A DNA stretch of 64,000 bases from Acidimicrobiales bacterium (GTDB taxonomy: Bacteria > Actinomycetota > Acidimicrobiia > Acidimicrobiales > SZUA-35): the NCBI GenBank assembly GCA_020629695.1, contig JAHDCV010000006.1, positions 23,003 to 87,002 of the forward strand, read 5' to 3'. The position numbers were made by a program, and so were the translations under genes. How positions within the stretch are numbered: position 1 is the first letter of the stretch; every line of letters begins with the position of its first letter. Below the pieces are notes generated by a model, which saw only the letters and a list, made by a program, of their open reading frames with translations, was not told the DNA's origin and made no database searches. Below are positions 28,200 to 36,683 of the stretch, piece after piece.

Positions 28200-29444
28200 G
28201 TGCTCTGCGCCCTCGGCACCGCGCTCGCCGGCGCGGGCCCGTTGGGGGCCGCCGCAGCTGCCCAGGACACCGAGCCGGACACGTCGGTCCGGATCCTCGA
28301 GATCTCCGGATTGATCGATCCGGTGATGGACGACTTCATCCGGGCCGAGCTGGACCAGGCCGTGAGCGACGGTTCGCTCGCCCTCGTGCTCCAGGTCGAC
28401 TCCCTCGACGTCGTGCTGTCGCCGGAGGACTTCGGCTCGCTCGTCGACGAACTCGATGCCGCCCCGCTCGAGATCGTGCTGTGGGTCGGACCGTCGGGGT
28501 CGGACCTGCTGGGAAACGCGGCCGAACTGGTGAACGTGGCCGACCTGATCGGGATCGCGAAGGGTTCCCGGATCGGTGAGACCGGCGAACTGATGCTCGG
28601 TGGCGAGCCGTTCGGCGACGCCACCGCTCGCCTGGAGTCGGTGGCGATCTCGGCCGAGGAGGCGATCGAGCTGGGCATCTCGATCGGGCCGCTCGAGGAC
28701 ACGAGCTTCATCGGCCCGCTCCTGACCTACGTGGAGGGCTTCGAGACCGAACCGAATCTCGAATCCGGCGGCATCAGCCCGACCACCCAGACCCGGTTCG
28801 TGCAGCTCCCGTTGAGCTCGCAGGTGTTCCACACGATGGCTTCCCCCGAGGTCGCGTACCTGATGTTCGTGCTCGGACTGAGCCTCTTGTTGTTCGAGCT
28901 CTACACCGCCGGTGTCGGCGTGGCCGGTGGAGTCGGTGTGTTGGCGCTGGTGCTCGGTTGTTACGGCCTCGCCGTGCTGCCGACCTCCATCGTGGGGGTC
29001 GCGCTGCTGATCCTGTCGTTCCTGGCCATGGCGATCGATGTCCAGACGAACGTGCCGAGGGCCTACACCATCGTGGGTCTCGTGTTGTTCGTGCTCGGCA
29101 CGTGGTTGCTCTACGACGGTGTCACCATGTCCTGGGTGACCGGCCTCGCCGGCATCATCGGCGCGGTGCTCTATGCGACCACGGGGATGCCCTCGATGGT
29201 GCGGACCCGTTTCTCGACGCCGACCATCGGTCGACGTTGGATGATCGGCGAGATGGGAACCGCGGTGTCCGACCTCTCCCCGGACGGCACGATCGAGCTC
29301 CGGGACGCCCTGTGGCAGGCCCGGACGAACCGGGCGACGCCGATCTCGGCAGGTGATGCGGTCCGTGTCATCGAGATCGATCAGCTCGTGTTGGAGGTCG
29401 AGCCGGAACAAGGCGCGGCGAAGGACTACCGCGACCGGAGCTGA
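28200..29444 (+). CDS. Long-form NfeD family membrane protein
   Basis: Signal peptide, ClpP-like domain (ISGLIDP, WVGPSG), TM block with ELYTAGVG, C-terminal OB fold (MIGEMGTA...ALWQART). Start uncertain. Confidence 0.8.
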   Translation: MLCALGTALAGAGPLGAAAAAQDTEPDTSVRILEISGLIDPVMDDFIRAELDQAVSDGSLALVLQVDSLDVVLSPEDFGSLVDELDAAPLEIVLWVGPSGSDLLGNAAELVNVADLIGIAKGSRIGETGELMLGGEPFGDATARLESVAISAEEAIELGISIGPLEDTSFIGPLLTYVEGFETEPNLESGGISPTTQTRFVQLPLSSQVFHTMASPEVAYLMFVLGLSLLLFELYTAGVGVAGGVGVLALVLGCYGLAVLPTSIVGVALLILSFLAMAIDVQTNVPRAYTIVGLVLFVLGTWLLYDGVTMSWVTGLAGIIGAVLYATTGMPSMVRTRFSTPTIGRRWMIGEMGTAVSDLSPDGTIELRDALWQARTNRATPISAGDAVRVIEIDQLVLEVEPEQGAAKDYRDRS

Positions 29445-29492
29445 CGACCGGCTGCTCACGCGGCGGCGGGTTCCACGGCGCGGATCCCCTCT

Positions 29493-29508
29493 TGTGCAAT
29501 CCGTCACA
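29493..29508 (+). promoter_or_regulatory. CRP/FNR-family binding site upstream of whiB
   Basis: TGTGC-AATCCG-TCACA, 9/10 match to TGTGA-N6-TCACA; TACCTT -10-like hexamer at 29516-29521. Confidence 0.6.
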
Positions 29509-29547
29509 CCGTGAGTACCTTGGCGAGGCTGTGAAGGGGGATTTCAC

Positions 29548-29802
29548 ATGACCGCCACCATCGTCGAAGACTGGCAAGACCGTGCGGCCTGCCGAGGGCC
29601 GTCACAGAGGATCTTCTTCCCGCCCACCACCAGCGAGCGTCGGAGCGAGAAGCGCATGCGCGAGGCTCGCGCGAAGCAGATCTGCGCCGATTGTGGTGTG
29701 CAGGATCGGTGCCTGGACTACGCCCTCTCGATCCGTGAACAGCACGGGATCTGGGGTGGATTCACCGAGTCCGAGCGCCGGGGGATGCTCGGCCCCCGCT
29801 GA
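29548..29802 (+). CDS. WhiB-family Fe-S transcription factor
   Basis: WQDRAACRG, FFP, AKQICADC, RCLDYAL, GIWGG turn; four Cys. Confidence 0.93.
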   Translation: MTATIVEDWQDRAACRGPSQRIFFPPTTSERRSEKRMREARAKQICADCGVQDRCLDYALSIREQHGIWGGFTESERRGMLGPR

Positions 29803-29841
29803 CCGCTCGAACGCCCGGGGGCCGACCGGCACCGGGCCCCC

Positions 29842-31581
29842 TCATCTGAGGGTGTCGCCCTCGATCACCCGCTCCAGGCGCGGTCCGGCGATCCGGAGAT
29901 CCTCCCGCCGCCGGGTCGCACCGTTCCGGTCCAGGATCCCGATCAGCGGCAGAGCGAACTTGCGCGTCGTGCCCAATGCGTCGCGGATCTGGGCCATGGT
30001 GAGGCCTTCCGGAGCGGTGGCGAGCTCGTCCCGAACGGTCGCTGCGGCGCGCCGCACCGCCCCGGCGGAGAACATCACCCCCTCGTGCTCGATGACGTGG
30101 CCCCGGCGGATCAGTTCCCGCACGGCGGCCCGGTCGACATCGTCGGGTGGCGGTGGCTGGAACGGGTCGGCGTCGAGATCGGCGAGCCAGGGCAGATCGG
30201 CGAAGGGATCCGGCGGCTCACCGAGGACGACCCGTGTGCCCGACACCTGGGCTTCTTCGATCAGCTCGAGCATCGCCCGGCCCCGATCGTCGAGCGACGC
30301 CAGGTCGACGCCTTCGGCGCCGGCGTCGTCGAGGGCGAGTCGGAGTGCACCCACCGCAGCCGTGAGCTCGGGCGGATGGACGACCCACCGGCCGACGTCG
30401 GGCTCGACCCGAACGCCGGAGATCCGCTCGAGATGCTCGATGTCCACCCAACCCCGCTCGGCCACGAGACGCTCGACCGACCGATCGGGTCGAGCCTTCG
30501 CTGCCGCGACCAGCGGCTCCACGTCGAGCACCTGTCCACCGCCCACGGTCTCGTCCCGGCCCTGTTCCCGCAAGACGAATCGGTCGCCGGGGATCAGCGG
30601 CATCGGACGATCGAGATGGAGTCGGATGAGCCCGGTGCCGCCGGGCGCGATGGCCTCGGGCCCGAGCACACGGAGACGGACGCTGAGCTCGGCCGAGCCG
30701 ATGTAGATCGCGTACGCCCCGCGTCGGGAGACCCTGTGCCCGAGGGCATCCAGCACGCGCAGCTCGGCGTCGATGCGGTCGGTGTGGTGCCACTCGTCGC
30801 GTCGCACGATGGCGTGGCCGCGGCCGATGTCTCGATGGTTCACCCCGACCAGATTGATGGCCGCACGTTCACCCGGACCGATCCGCTCTCGTTGTTCGTG
30901 ATGGCTCTGCAGCCCACGGATCCGGGCCCCGAGGTCGCCGGGCACGAGATCCACGTCGTCACCGACCGCCAGCCCGGCCCCGGTCGTCGTGCCGGTGATC
31001 ACCGTGCCGGCGCCGGCGGGGGAGAACGAGCGATCGACCCACACGCGGAGCCGACTCCCGGCCTCGGGCGGCGGGGTGTCGTCGATCAATCGATCGAGCG
31101 CGTCGGACAACGACGCCAGCCCCACCCGGTTCACGGCCGAGACCCCGATGATCGGAGCATCGGCGAGGAACGTGCCCTCGACGTGATCGGTCACGTCGAG
31201 CTCGGCGAGCTCGCGGAGTTCGTCATCGACGAGATCGACCTTGGTGAGGGCGATGACGCCCCGCTCGATCCCCAGCAGGTCGAGGATCCGCAGGTGTTCT
31301 TCGCTCTGGGGCTTCCAGCCTTCGGTGGCCGACACGACGAAGACGCAGCCGTCCACCGCCCCGACACCGGCGAGCATGTTGCGGATGAATCGGATGTGGC
31401 CGGGGACGTCGATGAAGGACAATCGGCGACCGGACGGCAGCGTGAGGCCGGCGAAGCCGAGATCGATGGTCAGCCCGCGGGCCTTCTCCTCCTCCAGGCG
31501 GTCCGGGTCGGTGCCCGTCAACGCCTGGACGAGGCTCGACTTCCCGTGATCGACGTGGCCTGCGGTGGCGACGACGGGCAT
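29842..31581 (-). CDS. selB: Selenocysteine-specific elongation factor
   Basis: ATAGHVDHGKS, RGLTIDLGFA, DVPGH, TKVD, C-terminal winged helix IRDALGTTRKFALPL; starts at the selA stop. Confidence 0.95.
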   Translation of the reverse strand: MPVVATAGHVDHGKSSLVQALTGTDPDRLEEEKARGLTIDLGFAGLTLPSGRRLSFIDVPGHIRFIRNMLAGVGAVDGCVFVVSATEGWKPQSEEHLRILDLLGIERGVIALTKVDLVDDELRELAELDVTDHVEGTFLADAPIIGVSAVNRVGLASLSDALDRLIDDTPPPEAGSRLRVWVDRSFSPAGAGTVITGTTTGAGLAVGDDVDLVPGDLGARIRGLQSHHEQRERIGPGERAAINLVGVNHRDIGRGHAIVRRDEWHHTDRIDAELRVLDALGHRVSRRGAYAIYIGSAELSVRLRVLGPEAIAPGGTGLIRLHLDRPMPLIPGDRFVLREQGRDETVGGGQVLDVEPLVAAAKARPDRSVERLVAERGWVDIEHLERISGVRVEPDVGRWVVHPPELTAAVGALRLALDDAGAEGVDLASLDDRGRAMLELIEEAQVSGTRVVLGEPPDPFADLPWLADLDADPFQPPPPDDVDRAAVRELIRRGHVIEHEGVMFSAGAVRRAAATVRDELATAPEGLTMAQIRDALGTTRKFALPLIGILDRNGATRRREDLRIAGPRLERVIEGDTLR

Positions 31582-32861
31582 CAGCGCGCCCGGGCCGTCC
31601 GGAGTGCGGCCACGACGAGCTCGTCGTCGTCGGGATGCACCGTGCGCAGATCGATGATCGTGTCGTCGCCCGACGCCCGAGCGATGACAGGATGGTCGGC
31701 CGCGCGCAGGGCCGCCCGGACGTCGCCCCGGATGAGCAGTCCGATCGACGGGATCTCGACGTCGGGCAGGGTTCCTCCACCCGGGGTCGCTGCGGTGTCG
31801 ACGACGGCGATCGACCCACCGAGCTCGTCGACCATCGCTCCGGCTCGCCGAGCGAGCTCGTCGGTGCCGGTGGTCGCCATCCGCCAGAACGGCAGGTCGG
31901 TGCCACGACCGTCGAGGAGGGTCAGCAGTGTCTCGGTGAAGGCCGCGATGACGTGGACACCCGGCCGCAGGGCTCGAGCGAGGGGATGCCGGGCGCACGC
32001 CTCGACGAGGTCCGCACGACCGGCGATGACCCCTGCCTGGGGCCCGCCGAGCAGCTTGTCGCCGGAGAAGATCACCAGGTCGGCACCTCGATCGAGCGTC
32101 TGGCGTGCGCCGGGTTCGTCCCGCAGCCAGTGCGGAGGCGGTCCGTCGAGCCAGGGACAACGCTCGTCGAGCAGTCCCGAGCCGAGGTCGACCACGAGGG
32201 GCACGCCCTGCCCGGCGAGATCGGCCGAGGGCACCGCTTCGGTGAAGCCCTCGATCCGGTAGTTCGACTGATGGATCTTCATGATCAGGGCGAGGTCGTC
32301 GTCGATCACGGCCCGGTAGTCGGCGAGGCGCGTGCGGTTGGTCGTGCCGACCTCGACGAGACGGGCCCCCGACTGCCGCATCACGTCCGGGATCCGGAAT
32401 CCACCGCCGATCTCGACGAGTTCGCCACGACTCACGGCGACGCCCCGATTCGCCGCCAGGGCAGCAAGGACGAGCAGGACGGCGCCGGCGCAGTTGTTGA
32501 CGATCAACCCACGCTCGGCCCCGGTCGCCGCCCGGACGAGATCGGCGAGTCCGGCCTGCCGTGAGCCGCGCTCGCCCGTCTCGAGATCCAGCTCGAGATT
32601 CGTGGCCGTCGGTGCGACCGAGGCGGCCAGGGGAGCGCGCCCGAGATTCGTGTGCAGCAGCACGCCGGTGCCGTTGACGACCGGTGTCAGCAGCCGGCGG
32701 CGCCGGGTGTGTGCGAGACCGGTGGCGATCGTGGCGGCGTCGCCGCCGCTCGATCGAGCCGTCTCGACGGCCGCTCGGGCGACCTCCACGAGCATCGGGG
32801 CCGGCAGGCCGGAGTCGGACAGGGACCGGGCCAACCGGTCGACGCTGGGCGGACGTTCCAC
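31581..32861 (-). CDS. selA: L-seryl-tRNA(Sec) selenium transferase
   Basis: VVNGTGVLLHTNLGRAP, VSRGELVEIGGGFRIPD, EVGTTNRT, FSGDKLLGGPQAG (PLP Lys). Confidence 0.95.
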   Translation of the reverse strand: MERPPSVDRLARSLSDSGLPAPMLVEVARAAVETARSSGGDAATIATGLAHTRRRRLLTPVVNGTGVLLHTNLGRAPLAASVAPTATNLELDLETGERGSRQAGLADLVRAATGAERGLIVNNCAGAVLLVLAALAANRGVAVSRGELVEIGGGFRIPDVMRQSGARLVEVGTTNRTRLADYRAVIDDDLALIMKIHQSNYRIEGFTEAVPSADLAGQGVPLVVDLGSGLLDERCPWLDGPPPHWLRDEPGARQTLDRGADLVIFSGDKLLGGPQAGVIAGRADLVEACARHPLARALRPGVHVIAAFTETLLTLLDGRGTDLPFWRMATTGTDELARRAGAMVDELGGSIAVVDTAATPGGGTLPDVEIPSIGLLIRGDVRAALRAADHPVIARASGDDTIIDLRTVHPDDDELVVAALRTARAR

Positions 32862-32917
32862 GACCTCAGGTTAGGGCGCTCATCGACCACGCCCCGTGGC
32901 CGGTAGACTCGAAGCCC

Positions 32918-33397
32918 ATGTTTGGCTGGCTCGCCATCGCACTCCTCGTGGTGCCCGTCATCGAACTCGTGGTCGTGCTCCGCGTGGGATCGATGCTCGG
33001 CGTGTTGCCGACGATCGCACTCCTGATCGCCATCTCGGTGTTCGGTGCGGTTCTGCTGCGCTCGCAGGGTCGGCGGACCCTCACGGAGATCTCCACGACG
33101 ATCCGCCGCGGCCGAAACCCCACCGGCCCACTGTCCGATGGTGCGATGCTCGTCTTCGCCGCCGCGCTCCTGCTGACGCCCGGATTCTTCACCGACGCGG
33201 TCGGCTTCGCCCTCCTCCTTCCTCCCGTCCGTGCCGTCCTGCGCCCCGTGTTGGCGGCCGCGGCGGCGCGGTCGCTGGCTTCCGGCCGTACCCGAGTCGT
33301 TCGATTCGGGGGTGCACACGGCACCGTCGTCGACGTCGAGTCGTCAGATCCGTCCGACGGTCCGGCCGATCCGCCCTCCAACCCCTCGCTGGGTTGA
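32918..33397 (+). CDS. fxsA: FxsA family membrane protein
   Basis: VPVIEL, LLRSQG, ALLLTPGFFTDAVG.LLLPPVR. Confidence 0.88.
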   Translation: MFGWLAIALLVVPVIELVVVLRVGSMLGVLPTIALLIAISVFGAVLLRSQGRRTLTEISTTIRRGRNPTGPLSDGAMLVFAAALLLTPGFFTDAVGFALLLPPVRAVLRPVLAAAAARSLASGRTRVVRFGGAHGTVVDVESSDPSDGPADPPSNPSLG

Positions 33398-33426
33398 GTC
33401 CATCCGAGCTATCCAGGAGCGTTCCC

Positions 33427-33993
33427 ATGGTCGAAGAACCGACGCCACCACCACCGATCACGCCCGGCGTGGCCCGCGCCCTCAGCCCTTTGCTGCGGCG
33501 GATCGCTGCGAAGGGACCGGGCGGCGAGCCCGGGACGAACACCTATCTGGTCGGCATCGACGAGATCGTGATCGTCGACCCGGGCCCCGAGGACGCCGAT
33601 CATCTCGATGTCGTCTGCGGGTGCGGCGGTGACCGCATCCGGTGGATCGTGATGACCGAGGTCTCGCCCGAGACCACCGCCGGCGCGCTGGCGATGAAGG
33701 AGCGCACCGGGGCCGAGCTGCTCGCCCCTCCCGGGTTCGACGGCGCCGATCGCGTGCTCGGTGACGGTGAGAAGATCGATGCGACCGAATTCCGGATCCA
33801 CACCATGGCGGTGCCCGGCGAGAACCGCTTCGTCTTCGTGATCGAGCAGGAGCGGACGATGCTGTCGGGCCGCCACCTCGAGGAGTCGATTCCGGAAGAC
33901 CTGCCCGCTCGGGTCCGGACCTTCCGGCTCAAGGCGATCGCCCCGGGCGAGGGCCAGTACATCGACGACGCCAAGGCGTTCCTCAACCGCTGA
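33427..33993 (+). CDS. Metallo-beta-lactamase-fold protein lacking metal ligands
   Basis: LSPLLRRIAA..PG..PGTNTYLVG, VDPGP, IAPG are retained, but the THxHxDH position reads TEVSPET. Confidence 0.7.
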   Translation: MVEEPTPPPPITPGVARALSPLLRRIAAKGPGGEPGTNTYLVGIDEIVIVDPGPEDADHLDVVCGCGGDRIRWIVMTEVSPETTAGALAMKERTGAELLAPPGFDGADRVLGDGEKIDATEFRIHTMAVPGENRFVFVIEQERTMLSGRHLEESIPEDLPARVRTFRLKAIAPGEGQYIDDAKAFLNR

Positions 33994-34040
33994 GCCGCGC
34001 CGCCGCCGGACCCCGGTGGCGGACAACCAGACCAACACCG

Positions 34041-34070
34041 ACGGGCCACCTCCCTCAGGAGGTGGCCCGT
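34041..34070 (+). terminator. 13-bp stem-loop downstream of the MBL-fold gene
   Basis: ACGGGCCACCTCC-CTCA-GGAGGTGGCCCGT. Confidence 0.65.
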
Positions 34071-34101
34071 TCGTCGTGTCCTCCCCGGTCGAGCCCGGGG
34101 C

Positions 34102-34142
34102 AAAAAGAAGGATGGGGCCGGATCGCCCCCCGGCCCCATCCT
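34102..34142 (-). terminator. Intrinsic terminator-like hairpin for the minus-strand gene
   Basis: AGGATGGGGCCGG/CCGGCCCCATCCT stem, preceded on the + strand by AAAAAGA (U-tract on the minus strand). Confidence 0.6.
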
Positions 34143-34202
34143 CTTCAACCCGCTCGAGAGCGGGCGATGTTGGCCGGCTCCCCGGGGGGAGCCGGCGCCG
34201 AA

Positions 34203-34898
34203 TCAGCGCTGTGCTTCGTCGACCTCGCCGGCGACGGAGTTGTAGACCGCCGGCCAGAAGCGGTCCCGAGCGGACCAGATGCCGCCGATACCGAACTTCA
34301 GGATGAGGATGAGGCTCAGCGAGCTCACGATCGCCGTGAAGAGCGTGTCGACGATGTCCTGGGCGAAGCCGAGCTGGTCGAGGGCGGCGAAGCCACCGAT
34401 GACCCAGATCGCACCCACGATGATCTTCGAGAGCGTGCCGCCGAAGCTCAGGTCGGTCAGCATCGGCGAGACGATGTCCCGCACGGCGTTGGCGACGAGT
34501 CCGGTGATGATCACGATCGCGATGGCCACGATGGCCTTCGGGATGAAGTTCACCATGTCGCTGAGGGCATCCGAGATCGCGTTGTCGCCGAACGGCTGCA
34601 GCGCGAGCTGGAGGACCAGCAGCATGATGAGGTAGTAGACCAGCTTGGCGACGAAGCGGCCGCTGTCGGCGTAGCCGGCCCGCTCGAGCGGACCGCCGAT
34701 GCCGGCACGGTCGACCATGTCGTCGAACTTGATCATGCGGAGGCCTCGCTCGATCAGCTTCTTGACGAAGCCGGCCACGAGACGGCCGATGATCAGGACC
34801 AGGATGAAGATGGCAAGTTTCGGCACGAAGGTGCCGATGGAGCTCAGGCCATCGGAGATGGCACCTCGCCAGTCAACGGATTCTTGGGCTAGCAGCAT
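34203..34898 (-). CDS. CmpX-like / MscS TM-helix repeat membrane protein
   Basis: Repeated 'FVPKL'/'FIPKA' TM-helix motifs, AALDQLG, FGIGG; GAGGG RBS. Confidence 0.8.
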   Translation of the reverse strand: MLLAQESVDWRGAISDGLSSIGTFVPKLAIFILVLIIGRLVAGFVKKLIERGLRMIKFDDMVDRAGIGGPLERAGYADSGRFVAKLVYYLIMLLVLQLALQPFGDNAISDALSDMVNFIPKAIVAIAIVIITGLVANAVRDIVSPMLTDLSFGGTLSKIIVGAIWVIGGFAALDQLGFAQDIVDTLFTAIVSSLSLILILKFGIGGIWSARDRFWPAVYNSVAGEVDEAQR

Positions 34899-35033
34899 GT
34901 GGTTTCCCTCTTTCGGTACGGTTCGCCGAGGTACATGACGATCGCAGGACGCCTGGTGTCGCGAGATTCGACGAAAATCTTTTCGATGCCCCCGAATCGC
35001 GACTTCTCGTCGCGCTGGGGCGTCTTCCGCACG

Positions 35034-35621
35034 ATGTTGTTGTCCGTCCACACGCTGATGCACTGGATCCGCTTCGCCGCGGATCCGCGCGCGGGTGTCG
35101 ACGCTCCAGCCGTGGCTGAGCCGGATCCGCAACAGCTGCACGACCTCGTGGTCGAGCACGGTGACGCCGTGTTCCGCGTGGCGATGTCGGTCGTGCGTGA
35201 CGCTGCCCTTGCCGAAGACGTCTCGCAAGAGGCGCTCATGAAGGCATGGCTCGCGCTTCCGACCTTCCGCGGTGACTCTGCACTGCGGAGCTGGTTGCTC
35301 CGTATCACCCACAATCACGCCATCTCGACCCTGCGGACCCGCCGAGCTGTCGTCACCGACCCCGACGAGATGCCCGAGCGCATCGAGCACGTGAACCGGT
35401 CGGTCGAGACACAGGTGGAGAGCCGCTTCGTACGAGAGGAATTCGAAGCCGCCCTCGGTGAGCTCGACGAGTTGTCGAGAACCATCGTGGTGCTGCGGGA
35501 GGTGGAAGGCATGGCGTACGACGAGATCGCTCGCACGCTCGACCTGGCGTTGCCGACGGTGAAGACCAGGCTGCTCCGGGCCCGCCGTCGCCTCGGCTTG
35601 TCTCTGCGGGAGTGGGCGTGA
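35034..35621 (+). CDS. ECF RNA polymerase sigma factor
   Basis: AEDVSQEALMKAW, FRGDSALRSWLLRITHN (region 2); VLREVEGMAYDEIA..TVKTRLLRARRRL (region 4). Start uncertain. Confidence 0.9.
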   Translation: MLLSVHTLMHWIRFAADPRAGVDAPAVAEPDPQQLHDLVVEHGDAVFRVAMSVVRDAALAEDVSQEALMKAWLALPTFRGDSALRSWLLRITHNHAISTLRTRRAVVTDPDEMPERIEHVNRSVETQVESRFVREEFEAALGELDELSRTIVVLREVEGMAYDEIARTLDLALPTVKTRLLRARRRLGLSLREWA

Positions 35622-35941
35622 TGAGGCTCCGACGACATCCACCCAGGCGGCTGCTGCTCGAATGGCTCGACGGCGCCGACGGCTCCGATCGCCTGGACCC
35701 GCACCTCGACACCTGCGAGGTGTGCGCCACGCGACTGATGGATCTCGAGTCGGTCGACGCCGGCCGCTCGATCAAGGCCGCACTGGATGAGGTGCTCGCG
35801 CCGCCGGAGGATCTCGCCCTGCGGTTGGAAGACGGGGTCAAGACGCGATTGGCTTCACGGGTGGTCTTCGGTGTTCTCGCCGATCTCTACGCCACCGGAT
35901 GGGAGACGTCCAAGATGTTGTTGATCGAAGGTGAAGAATGA
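35618..35941 (+). CDS. Putative zinc-binding anti-sigma factor (ZAS)
   Basis: HLDTCEVC (HxxxCxxC); overlaps the sigma stop. Confidence 0.75.
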   Translation: MMRLRRHPPRRLLLEWLDGADGSDRLDPHLDTCEVCATRLMDLESVDAGRSIKAALDEVLAPPEDLALRLEDGVKTRLASRVVFGVLADLYATGWETSKMLLIEGEE

Positions 35942-36660
35942 CCACGACCGATTGGCTCGTCGTCGCCGGCCTGATCGTCGGTTCGTTGCTGCTCGGGGCG
36001 ATCGTGTCGCGCATCGTCTACCGGGTGTTGTCCGCCGAGGGCCGTCCGAGCACGGTGTCGAATGCCGCGTCGCCGATCTCGAGCACCGTGTTCTGGGGCT
36101 TCGTCGTGGCCGGCCTGCTCGGCGCACTCGGTGTCATCCAGCCCGACACGCTCGATCAGATGTCGGCCGACATCGTCGACTTCGTGCCCCGGGTGATCGC
36201 CGCGGCGGTCCTGGTGATCGCCGCCCGTGTCATCGCCGAGTTCGTCAAGTCGACGGTCGGGCCGACCATGGGTCGAATGCCGACGCACGTGCAGCGTCAG
36301 GTGCTGAACGCGATCGACGTCGTGATCCTCGGCGTCGGTGTGCTGCTCGCCGTGAACCAGCTCGGCATCGACACGACGATCGTCAACATCGCCGTGGCAG
36401 CGTTCCTGTTCAGCCTCGCGCTCAGCTTCGCTCTGCTCGTCGGGCTGGGCGGTCGCGGCGTGGCCGCCGAGGTCGCGGCCGGACGCGCGGTGAAACGCAT
36501 CGTGAAGATCGGTGACGAGATCGAAGCCGGAAACGTCAGTGGTGTGGTCACCGCGATGCATCCGACACTGGTCGAGCTGGCCGACACCGACGGACGGGTG
36601 GAGATGATCGCTCCGTCGACGCTGTTGAACGGCGGGCTCAGGATGCGCCGGGGCGACTGA
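35938..36660 (+). CDS. CmpX/MscS-family membrane protein
   Basis: FVPRVIAA TM-helix motif, AVNQLGIDT, GLGGR, and MscS beta-domain KIGDEI..GVV; ATGA overlap. Confidence 0.8.
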   Translation: MTTTDWLVVAGLIVGSLLLGAIVSRIVYRVLSAEGRPSTVSNAASPISSTVFWGFVVAGLLGALGVIQPDTLDQMSADIVDFVPRVIAAAVLVIAARVIAEFVKSTVGPTMGRMPTHVQRQVLNAIDVVILGVGVLLAVNQLGIDTTIVNIAVAAFLFSLALSFALLVGLGGRGVAAEVAAGRAVKRIVKIGDEIEAGNVSGVVTAMHPTLVELADTDGRVEMIAPSTLLNGGLRMRRGD

Positions 36661-36683
36661 CCGGGCCGGCCCGGTGCCACGCT

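Noticed and set aside
31582-32160. 772-aa SelB with a long N-terminus
   Set aside because: The extension is an alternate frame of selA; SelB begins at MPVVATAGHVDHGKS.
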